Shown here: positions 9,110-17,477 of the stretch, one piece after another
Position numbering within the stretch: the stretch's first letter is position 1
Layout: each line of letters starts with the position of its first letter
Source: Calditrichota bacterium
Lineage (GTDB): Bacteria > Calditrichota > Calditrichia > RBG-13-44-9
Direction: 5' to 3'
Length of the DNA stretch: 35,285 bases
NCBI GenBank assembly: GCA_016934605.1
Contig: JAFGSO010000172.1
Coordinates: 1-35,285 of the forward strand
The notes under the pieces: model-generated
Databases searched by the model: none
Seen by the model: the letters and a program-made list of their open reading frames with translations, nothing else
What the model was told of the DNA's origin: nothing
Made by a program: the position numbers and the translations under genes

Positions 9110-9177
9110 GACCTGAAAAGGTCAAAAACCTCCCTCCCAACTCCGCAGGGGACACGCACCGTGTCCCCTGTTTTTTT
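9110..9177 (+). ncRNA. Putative ~68-nt small RNA (or attenuated leader) with a C-rich single-stranded segment
   Basis: Starts at the predicted TSS. GACCT-GAAA-AGGTC hairpin with GNRA loop (9110-9123), unpaired AAAAACCTCCCTCCCAACTCCG (9124-9145), then an intrinsic terminator. No ATG within the element. Confidence 0.6.
9146..9177 (+). terminator. Rho-independent terminator
   Basis: CAGGGGACACG-CAC-CGTGTCCCCTG (11-bp perfect stem, 9146-9170) followed by T7 (9171-9177). Confidence 0.88.
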
Positions 9178-9260
9178 ATTAAAGATGAATTAATGATCAA
9201 CTATTATTATTTTAGGGCGTTAGATTATGTAATATTGAATATTGATTTGGAGAATATTTT

Positions 9261-10667
9261 ATGAAACACTTACATCCGGTTATCTTATTCATATTAGTGA
9301 GCATAACCACCAATCAAGCACAAACAGGATTTATCCCTTTATCAATCGATCATGCGATTTTCAAAGCTGAAAAAAATAAAGTGTATCTGGAGATCTATCT
9401 CTCCTTCAACGAATCTCACTTGCAATATATTGATCAGGACCAACAGTATATGGCTGAGTACATGGCAACGGCACAGATACTACAGGGAGACAGCTTGCTC
9501 TTTCAGGATGTCGATAAACGGAAAAGTCAGCTGGATTCAATGAACGAAATTTCCGCCTACAGGAAATTTTTAAATATATTTGGATTCATTATTGATGACG
9601 GTAGCTATTCGGCAAAAATTACCGTTCAGGATCTGCATTCTCCCCGGAAAGGCGAGTATATATTCGATTTTGAAGCCCGACCATTTCCAGAACAGGAACT
9701 GATGATTAGTGATATTGAATTGTGCAGCCATATCAGCGCCGATACCGCAAAAGGTGATTTTCAGAAAAATTCTTTTCTGGTCATTCCCAACCCGGGAAGT
9801 ATTTTTAGTGTAAATATACCCGTGGTCTATTACTATGCAGAGCTTTATAATCTGAAAATGACAACCGGAGATCCCGGCCAATATAAATTAAGGACATCCA
9901 TCAGAGATTTAGAGGGTAATTCTGTTAAAGAATATCCCGAAAAAATCATAAAGAAACCCGGAGAAACCGCGGTTCTTGTTGGTGGTCATAATATTGTGAC
10001 CTTACTGTCTTCCACTTATTTTTTCAATATCGAAATTGAAGATTTGGACTCCCGGGAAATTACACGAACCTCAAAACGCTTCACTTTTTTTAAGCCGGAA
10101 ACTGAAGAAGGTCGTCCTGGTGATTCACTTTATGCAGCCGATAAAGAAACGGTTTCTATCGCGGAATATCTGCAGTACGGTGAAGAAGAACTTCTCACCC
10201 AATTTGAGAAGACCAGATATATCTCCACAAAAAAAGAACGGGATATTTTTAAGAATCTAAACCTTGACGGAAAAAGAGTATTTTTAGCCAGATTCTGGAA
10301 AAAATTTGATCCAACCCCCGCAACCGAGGTCAATGAATTTAAACAAAATTATACCGAGTTGATTAACTTCGCCGAAACCAATTTCTCCTCGATGAATAAA
10401 AAAGGCTGGGAAACAGACCGGGGACGGGTACTTCTTTCTTATGGCAGTCCTGATGAAATTGAACGGTTCTATATGGCTATTGATATGAAACCACATGAAA
10501 TATGGCATTATCATGAGTTGGAAGGCGGAGTGCTATTTGTTTTTGCCGATTTATCCGGATTTGGAGACTTTGAGCTGCTTCATTCAACCTACAGCAAAGA
10601 GCTATACCAGCCTGATTGGGAAAGATTGGTTAGAAGAACGCAGGGTGGATTTGATTATGAGCGATAA
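9261..10667 (+). CDS. GWxTD domain-containing exported protein
   Basis: GGAG RBS at 9249-9252; signal peptide; C-terminal 'FWKKFDPTPATEVNEFK...GWETDRGRVLLSYGSPD...WHY' is the GWxTD domain signature; beta-rich N-terminal region. Confidence 0.88.
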   Translation: MKHLHPVILFILVSITTNQAQTGFIPLSIDHAIFKAEKNKVYLEIYLSFNESHLQYIDQDQQYMAEYMATAQILQGDSLLFQDVDKRKSQLDSMNEISAYRKFLNIFGFIIDDGSYSAKITVQDLHSPRKGEYIFDFEARPFPEQELMISDIELCSHISADTAKGDFQKNSFLVIPNPGSIFSVNIPVVYYYAELYNLKMTTGDPGQYKLRTSIRDLEGNSVKEYPEKIIKKPGETAVLVGGHNIVTLLSSTYFFNIEIEDLDSREITRTSKRFTFFKPETEEGRPGDSLYAADKETVSIAEYLQYGEEELLTQFEKTRYISTKKERDIFKNLNLDGKRVFLARFWKKFDPTPATEVNEFKQNYTELINFAETNFSSMNKKGWETDRGRVLLSYGSPDEIERFYMAIDMKPHEIWHYHELEGGVLFVFADLSGFGDFELLHSTYSKELYQPDWERLVRRTQGGFDYER

Positions 10668-10701
10668 GATTACTCCTTCAAAATTACCCTAGACAGAATT
10701 A

Positions 10702-11610
10702 TCAGGGAACAATAATTTTTCTTCTCTGTTCACAGGTTGGTCCTGGTGAAGCGTCCGCCTCATGATCCAGACCACAATACTCTGCACGGACATAACAGTC
10801 CCGGTAATCTGAAATTCCCTTTAGACAGAATAATTTACGTCTTGCTGAGGTATGATGATCCTTCTGGTAATCTACATCCACCAGAGCGCCAAATTCACAC
10901 TGAACGCATTTTTCGGGGTGCTCGGAAAATTCTGTGGCCGTTTCACGTGCCATCTGAATGGATTGATCATTCCATGCCGGCTCACCTCCGCATGAGAGCA
11001 CCTCGATCCCGCGGCTCCGATAAAGAATAATTCGTCCATGATCTGCTTTAATGTGGGCAAAACCTTCTATCCTGGCCCCGGCACCAATTCTTAAATCCTG
11101 GTAATAACGCTGCGATAAAAGCATATACAGTGGATCCTCAAAGTGTTCACGGTCTGTGAACGCATTGTCCAGAACTACGATATAACCACGGAACGATAAA
11201 AAACTGGTCTTTGGAAATACTTTCTGAACAAAATGGGGTTTTACTGCCCTCACAGTTCCTGCAAATTCTATTTGTTTATATTCTTTCTCTGCCAACCAGT
11301 CCTCAAATTCCTCAAACTCTTTCAAAAATGCCGCATATTCCTCCTCAGATATCTGAAGCTCCGGATAATTATGTATCTTTTCTTCATAAAAATCCCGACA
11401 GCCATAGCATTTCCGTCCCACATGAGAATAACCGCGATGACAGCTGTTCTTTTTATTCAGTTGCCTGCATTTCCATCGAAAATAAATGCAACCCTCCGGG
11501 AAACAGGATTTTTCTTTCAAAATATGATATACAGAAATAGAATTTTTGAACCCCCGGTGGGACTCATGAACACAACGAAATATGTCTGTTCTTTTATATA
11601 AATTTTTCAT
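10702..11610 (-). CDS. Cysteine-rich hypothetical protein (putative metal-binding, possible central OB fold)
   Basis: GAGAGG RBS precedes ATG 11610 (the track starts at 11646). 14 Cys, mostly in N- and C-terminal clusters (CxHxxH, CxxxxC, CxxC twice). No signal peptide. Ends TGA TAA. Confidence 0.8.
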   Translation of the reverse strand: MKNLYKRTDIFRCVHESHRGFKNSISVYHILKEKSCFPEGCIYFRWKCRQLNKKNSCHRGYSHVGRKCYGCRDFYEEKIHNYPELQISEEEYAAFLKEFEEFEDWLAEKEYKQIEFAGTVRAVKPHFVQKVFPKTSFLSFRGYIVVLDNAFTDREHFEDPLYMLLSQRYYQDLRIGAGARIEGFAHIKADHGRIILYRSRGIEVLSCGGEPAWNDQSIQMARETATEFSEHPEKCVQCEFGALVDVDYQKDHHTSARRKLFCLKGISDYRDCYVRAEYCGLDHEADASPGPTCEQRRKIIVP

Positions 11611-11840
11611 GACCAGCCTCTCTGAAAAATAGAGAATAAATTTCATGACATCAAATACAAAATAGAAAGCCCGGTCAGGCTAAATTCCGGAAACAATCCA
11701 AACCCACCCACATTATTATTACTTTGCGTAAAGTGCTACATCATATTATTTTTTATCTGTGCAGACAGATGAAACACTTGTGAGTAATTTTATACTAATT
11801 TAAAAATTGATGTGGTGAGGTTTACTCAAGGATATCCCCT

Positions 11841-12500
11841 GTGAACAAAGTTGATGGTTTAATTATTTCAGCTGGCTATTCAAGCCGTATGAGAGAATTC
11901 AAGCCCTTGAAATCATTTCAGGGTGTACCGTTTATTCTTTCCATAATTCTTAAACTGTCGACTGTCTGCCAGGATATAAAAATAATAACAGGTCATAAAG
12001 TAGAAGAGCTTAAGGATTCACTTTTATTATGGATTAAACATCCCGATGCGGAATGGCATCAAAAATTCAATTTACCAGAAACTGGCCGGAATTCGCTCTC
12101 CGAGCGTCTCACATTTATTCACAACGTCAATTTTAACGAAGGCATGTTTACTTCATTGCAGCTGGGATTAGCTCATTCAGCTTTATCGGAATGGATATTG
12201 TATCATTTTGTAGATCAACCCCACATTCCGCTATCATTTTATCGGGAATTCATTAATGAGATAAATCCGTTATATCAATGGATCCAGCCTGCTTACGGGA
12301 GAAAGAATGCTCATCCTATTCTATTGAAAAATGATATTTTTACTTCAATCATAAATGCGCCAGAGAATTCGAATCTGAAATTGATATCGCAGCAGAATTA
12401 TATCAGAAAGAAATTCTGGAATTGTCCCTATCCTGAAATATTACAGGATTTTGACAGCGAGAAAGATATACCCGAAGGAGAATACCGTGATACTAGCTGA
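11841..12500 (+). CDS. Molybdenum cofactor nucleotidyltransferase family protein (MocA/YgfJ-like)
   Basis: 'GLIISAGYSSRM...KPL', 'N.NFNEGMFTSLQLGL', 'VDQPHI', 'HPIL' and 'DFDSEKD' match the MobA-like NTP transferase pattern. Adjacency to an xdhC-like gene favours the cytidylyltransferase. Confidence 0.82.
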   Translation: MNKVDGLIISAGYSSRMREFKPLKSFQGVPFILSIILKLSTVCQDIKIITGHKVEELKDSLLLWIKHPDAEWHQKFNLPETGRNSLSERLTFIHNVNFNEGMFTSLQLGLAHSALSEWILYHFVDQPHIPLSFYREFINEINPLYQWIQPAYGRKNAHPILLKNDIFTSIINAPENSNLKLISQQNYIRKKFWNCPYPEILQDFDSEKDIPEGEYRDTS

Positions 12501-13314
12501 AAAGATACTTGAACTGACCAGGCAGAACAGGGGCTTCGCTGTGGCCACTATTGTTAAGACCGGGGGATCAGTTCCCGGCAAAGTTGGATTCAAAATTTTG
12601 GTGGAAGCGGATGGAGGAACAACCGGAACAGTAGGGGGCGGAGAACTGGAGAAAGAAGTGATTCAGGAATGTCACCGCCGGATGAGCGAACGAAAATCAA
12701 GCCTGCAGGAATATATTCTGACTGAAAAAGAGGAAAATGTTCAAAGCAGGAAAGGTACAAAAATAATACCCATGATGTGCAATGGTCGCGCTACAGTTTT
12801 TTATGAGATTCATCACGCAGCCACCACGGTGTATGTAATGGGCGGTGGCCATGTCGGTCAGGCACTCACATATTTTTTACACCGCCTGGGATACTATATT
12901 ATTTTAATTGATAACCGAAAAGAATTTGCGAATAGTCAAATGAATCCCAAAACTCACCAGATTATTTGCCAGGATTACCTGACTTATGCAAGAGAAGTGG
13001 AAGTGATCCCTGATTCATTTTTTGTGGTACTGACTCACGGACATCAGTATGATTATGATATTGCACGAATCATACTTGAACGAAAATTACCTTTACACTA
13101 TCTGGGTATCATTGCTTCAAAATCGAAGGCGCATCAGATTAAATCAAAGTTGATTGAGGATCTTGGAGAAAAAGTTGATTTATCTGTTCTGTATACCCCA
13201 ATCGGACTTGATATAGGTGGAGATTCTGATATAGAAATTGCACTCAGCATTGCCGCTGAGATCCAGGCGGTTTCACATGAGAAAAAAGTGCCCCATATGT
13301 CCAGAAAAACATAG
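12487..13314 (+). CDS. xdhC: XdhC/CoxI family molybdo-hydroxylase maturation factor
   Basis: AAGGAG RBS (12475-12480) then GTG 12487, overlapping the upstream gene. Motifs 'ATIVKTGGSVPGKVGFK', 'GTVGGGELE', 'MCNG', 'GGGHVG', 'THGHQYD', 'YLGIIASK', 'PIGLDIGG...EIALSIAAEI'. Confidence 0.9.
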   Translation: MILAEKILELTRQNRGFAVATIVKTGGSVPGKVGFKILVEADGGTTGTVGGGELEKEVIQECHRRMSERKSSLQEYILTEKEENVQSRKGTKIIPMMCNGRATVFYEIHHAATTVYVMGGGHVGQALTYFLHRLGYYIILIDNRKEFANSQMNPKTHQIICQDYLTYAREVEVIPDSFFVVLTHGHQYDYDIARIILERKLPLHYLGIIASKSKAHQIKSKLIEDLGEKVDLSVLYTPIGLDIGGDSDIEIALSIAAEIQAVSHEKKVPHMSRKT

Positions 13315-13354
13315 TAAATACAGTAAATAAAGTCGGAAAATTTTGTTTATCAAT

Positions 13355-16300
13355 TTATCGCAACAGGACTAACTTTCTGGATTTGACAAAATCCCCGGCT
13401 GTGAGCCGAATAATATAAATACCGCTGGCCACAGGCACACCGTCATCGTTGCGTCCATGCCACTCTACCCGTTGCCCTCCGGGATCGGCATACCTATCGA
13501 CCAGTGTCCGGACCTTCTGCCCCAGAATATTATATATTTCCAGCTTTACAAGTCCTCCTGCGGATAAACGATATGGGATTGTCGTTATCATATTAAATGG
13601 ATTCGGAAAATTGGGATAAAGCTCATATGTCAGCCCATCAAAAAAAACCGGACCCGTTGATTCAATCAGCAGGATATCTCCTGCATAATTTGGTTTGGTT
13701 GTAATAATCCGGAAGACTGTGCCTTCTTCCGGCATCACAGCATTCAGGTTTGCCGGGAAATCTATGCTATAAACATTGCCGCCATCCCAGTTAACCAGCA
13801 CCGTCCTTGCCAGAACTTCCGGACTATCATAATCGTATGCTCCAGATCTTGCATCTGTAACATACTGATCATAACCGGCTGTCCCTGGTTCGGTATTTTG
13901 GGGATTCATCCAGTAAACCCAGTCCATATAAGGATCGTCCTCACCGTCAGAAACAATATGATCAGCAGGATTAATATTATACAATGTATCACCCGATTGT
14001 GCATTTCCAATATCATTGAAAATCCATGGTATCATCTTAAAATCATCTCCAGGATCTTCCGGGGTATTGATACCGATATTCCATATTTCAAATGGAACAT
14101 GTGCAAACAGATCACTATCAAAAACCCAGGCGGCAAGACTACCGGTGGAATTAAACCTCATTTCAAAATCATATGGAATAATTCTGTCAGAATTATCATT
14201 CCGCACTACCCGTTCTTTGAAATAGGAATATGTCCCATCATTGAAAAAGGTCATCCCGGTATGAAATCCCCAGACAGCATTTGAGTTAACCTGCTGTACG
14301 CCTGGAGTCGGATGGTCAGTCCCATCCGGATAACGTTCGTTATACAAGAGAGGAAATCCATTCCGATTAAATGCAAAGCAACCAATATCCGGGGGAACAA
14401 TCGGTCCGGCGGCGTTTGCTGTCACCAGAAACTGTTTAAAATCTTTTTGGAGTCCTTTTACGATAAATTCTATCCCATCAATCACCGGATGAGGATAATG
14501 GAGTTCATTGCTGGGAACTCCATCAACATATTTGTCTGTCCCGGTTGTGACATCAAAAAGACGCCATAGTAATTCTCCACTCTCCGAATTTTCATAAAAA
14601 TGAAGCTGGTAAATATGACGATTCAGCAATGAGGGATCGGCAACCACCGGAAAAATATTTTCTGCTGTTCCAGTTACCGACTGCACCTGCAATGTGTCTC
14701 TCCAGATGGAGGGGGATGCCCATTTGATGAGAGGATGCACATAAGATTGGATTATTGTATGGCTATCAAAAGCGAGGAAAATATAAAATGTAAGAAAATC
14801 TCCGGATTCCGGACCATAGAGTATAAGAAAGAGTGAATCGTTTCCAACCTTGCTTCCGGGAGAAATTATTTGGTGACTGCTACCACCATAATTCTCATTC
14901 GAAAAGAATATTGATGAAATAGAATTCAGCATGTCTGTGTTTTTTACCGAAAATCCGAGATACACTTTCTCATGATAATTGATCCCCCTGTCCTGCCGGC
15001 CGTTTTCCCAGATTACCTGCCAATCTGTCAATTCCGGGGTAGGCCGCAAAGTAAGATATTTTTCAATTGCGGGAATAGTATCTACTCCTGACATGGTTGT
15101 AACAAAAACATCTGCCTGATAGGGATATTTTCGGTTATTAACTGTTGTGCTGTTTCCCCAGATCCCGTCTCCGGCCAGACTGTCCTGATGCTGACCGTCA
15201 TCGTAAAGCTCTACATTAAAGGACGGTTCATTTCCCTCGGAGGGATAAAAAGTCAATCGACATCGGCTGGCTGGTAGAAAATCCTGCAGGTCAATCCGGG
15301 AATTTATTTTAGTTTCAGTATTAGACGGTTGCACTATGGATAAAGAGGTTTGTGGACTAATCAGTTTTCCCGTTTTAAACTTACGGCGGACATCACGCAC
15401 ATGATTTTGCATTTGTTCCACAGAGCGCAGACGGTTGTCTCCCAGCCCACCAACCGTGGCAATAATCACCTCCTGGGTATCTCCCGGTGCCATATCAAAT
15501 GGGCCACTGCAAAATGCGAATCTACGGGCACCGGTCCAAAAATTAGCACCCTGACCATCAATATCACCTGTCCCGGTTACAGGATCTCCGTTCAGGGGAA
15601 ATTTAGTAATCTGCCCGGTATTTCGATGGGTAAACGGTACCTGTTTCATACTGTCGGGAATGGGAAGGAATACATTCAGTGCATTATACCACTGGAGTGT
15701 TCCTGTGTATTCCTGTAAAACCGGGTCGCGCCATTCAGAATTACCGACAGCACCATACCAGAACGAAGTCATCGGACGGTTCGCGTAGTCCGGCACCGGC
15801 TTAAAATTAAAAAGTGCGGTATCTCCTGGCGACGGGTAGCGTGGACCCTGCAGTAAAACATAAGCGAACGCCGGAGGGGCGATTCCGAAGGGATCGAACT
15901 TTTCGTCAGAAGCGGTTCCATTATATACATATCCCATGTTCAGAACGGAGTCACAGCCACACAAGTCGTTGCTAAAATCTCCCAGATCACAATCACTCCA
16001 CTGACTCACAAACATGGAATCGATAGAGAAACCGGATTTATTGATCAGACGGTAGCGGCGAAAAACGGTTTCGCCCAGAGCTCCTTCCACATCGTAGGCC
16101 GATATGGTCACCTGTAATTCCAGTCCGATGGGATTAGATCCGTATAGAAAAGCTACTCTGGCCGGATCCAGATCATTACAGACGAACCAGATCACCTGGT
16201 CAGCTCCCTGGAGTCCCGGCTCCTCTCCCAGATGAGGTTCATACATTCCATTCATATTGTCATCATAAAACGGGGCACCGTATTCAACCGGCCACTCCTC

Positions 16301-16849
16301 CCAGTCCCTGGCATAGTTGGCCCGGATGCTGTCAATATGTGCCACACTTACGGTCGACAGCTCGATCCCGAAAAATTCGGCGGCATCCTGAAGCAGTACA
16401 CTTGCAGAAACCGTCCTGTAATCCCGTCTGATCCGGTAAATCCGAACATCCGGATCCTGCGGACTCTGGGCATTGCCGGGACTGATGATTCGTCCGGAAA
16501 CGGTACCGGTATTATAAGTCTGTCCCCCGACGCGGAGTGTCGGGTATGACCCGTCATGAATGTATCCTCCCCAGATCAGTCCATCCTGAAACACAACATT
16601 CCCGGTACCACGGGGATACCTGATTCCCGCATTTCCAGTGAGCGGATTTATGCCTGAGGTACCATCCCAGCAAATCCAGCCTCCTATTTTATTGGCATTG
16701 TAAAGCGTATACTTAATCTTGACCGGAGAAAATTCTTCACCATTGGAAATCTTTTCTGTCAGCTCTGGCGGGATCTCTGCACGGATGAAACTGATTAAGA
16801 ATAAAAAAACTAAAACGAGAAAAGCTAAATGGAATCTCATCCTTTTCAT
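13355..16849 (-). CDS. Large secreted multidomain protein with choice-of-anchor-X-like motif and T9SS type A/FlgD-Ig C-terminal sorting domain
   Basis: Signal peptide; N-terminal domain 'NANKIGGW...YPRGTG.VVFQDGLIWGG'; internal 'LYDDGQHQDSLAGDGIW'; C-terminus 'LYPNFPNPFN..TTIPY...LEIYNILGQKVRTLV...WHGRND.G..VASGIYIIRL...RKLVLLR'. Confidence 0.8.
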   Translation of the reverse strand: MKRMRFHLAFLVLVFLFLISFIRAEIPPELTEKISNGEEFSPVKIKYTLYNANKIGGWICWDGTSGINPLTGNAGIRYPRGTGNVVFQDGLIWGGYIHDGSYPTLRVGGQTYNTGTVSGRIISPGNAQSPQDPDVRIYRIRRDYRTVSASVLLQDAAEFFGIELSTVSVAHIDSIRANYARDWEEWPVEYGAPFYDDNMNGMYEPHLGEEPGLQGADQVIWFVCNDLDPARVAFLYGSNPIGLELQVTISAYDVEGALGETVFRRYRLINKSGFSIDSMFVSQWSDCDLGDFSNDLCGCDSVLNMGYVYNGTASDEKFDPFGIAPPAFAYVLLQGPRYPSPGDTALFNFKPVPDYANRPMTSFWYGAVGNSEWRDPVLQEYTGTLQWYNALNVFLPIPDSMKQVPFTHRNTGQITKFPLNGDPVTGTGDIDGQGANFWTGARRFAFCSGPFDMAPGDTQEVIIATVGGLGDNRLRSVEQMQNHVRDVRRKFKTGKLISPQTSLSIVQPSNTETKINSRIDLQDFLPASRCRLTFYPSEGNEPSFNVELYDDGQHQDSLAGDGIWGNSTTVNNRKYPYQADVFVTTMSGVDTIPAIEKYLTLRPTPELTDWQVIWENGRQDRGINYHEKVYLGFSVKNTDMLNSISSIFFSNENYGGSSHQIISPGSKVGNDSLFLILYGPESGDFLTFYIFLAFDSHTIIQSYVHPLIKWASPSIWRDTLQVQSVTGTAENIFPVVADPSLLNRHIYQLHFYENSESGELLWRLFDVTTGTDKYVDGVPSNELHYPHPVIDGIEFIVKGLQKDFKQFLVTANAAGPIVPPDIGCFAFNRNGFPLLYNERYPDGTDHPTPGVQQVNSNAVWGFHTGMTFFNDGTYSYFKERVVRNDNSDRIIPYDFEMRFNSTGSLAAWVFDSDLFAHVPFEIWNIGINTPEDPGDDFKMIPWIFNDIGNAQSGDTLYNINPADHIVSDGEDDPYMDWVYWMNPQNTEPGTAGYDQYVTDARSGAYDYDSPEVLARTVLVNWDGGNVYSIDFPANLNAVMPEEGTVFRIITTKPNYAGDILLIESTGPVFFDGLTYELYPNFPNPFNMITTIPYRLSAGGLVKLEIYNILGQKVRTLVDRYADPGGQRVEWHGRNDDGVPVASGIYIIRLTAGDFVKSRKLVLLR

Positions 16850-17477
16850 CGTTTTACACCTTTATAGAAAAGACATACTTCGAAAATTGGTTTTCTCTGG
16901 TGCTATCTAATAAAAATAACCCCATCTCTCTTATCAGATTCGAGAAAAAAAAGGTAAATTACCATTATCTTATTTAAAATGTATAATCTTACCAATATTT
17001 TGCTGATCAGCTGGAAGGCAGTAATCTTTTCAGAATCAATAAATACGTCTTACTATTCTCTTTTATTAATCATCATTGGAATAATTTGGTCCTAAGTATT
17101 TATCAATATAAATCATCATATTAAAACCAATTATTCATATAAAATATACATTTTGACCAAACTAACTCCCCCCCACAGAGAAGAATTCATCAGAATATAC
17201 AGATTTATAAACGAAATCACAAATAATACACTACATATTTTCTGCATGAATGATTCATTGTGAATACTCCCAAACATGAAAAAAGACGCAAAAATTTTGC
17301 CATAGTAAACACTTGAATTCCTAATCGCATGATATAAAATAACTTATAAAATTTTTGTCTTTTAAATCAGGTTTAAGGGGGAAGAAATTTCCCGGTGAAA
17401 TGGGAAAAAATTTTCCTAACAGTAAAAAGAGCCTGAAATATCAAACAAGAATTATAGCGAAAATCAGAATCAATAAT

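Noticed and set aside
9110-9177. Known riboswitch or tRNA identity for the structured element
   Set aside because: No cloverleaf, and no c-di-GMP, fluoride, preQ1, SAM or TPP consensus recognisable by eye; kept as a novel sRNA candidate.
10699-10704. Selenocysteine read-through of the TGA ending the Cys-rich gene
   Set aside because: TGA is immediately followed by in-frame TAA.
17131-17258. GGGAG RBS plus ATG with a downstream G7 tract on the minus strand, suggesting a phase-variable small gene
   Set aside because: The frame stops after 13 codons (MNHSCRKYVVYYL), before the G tract, and all frames after the tract close quickly.
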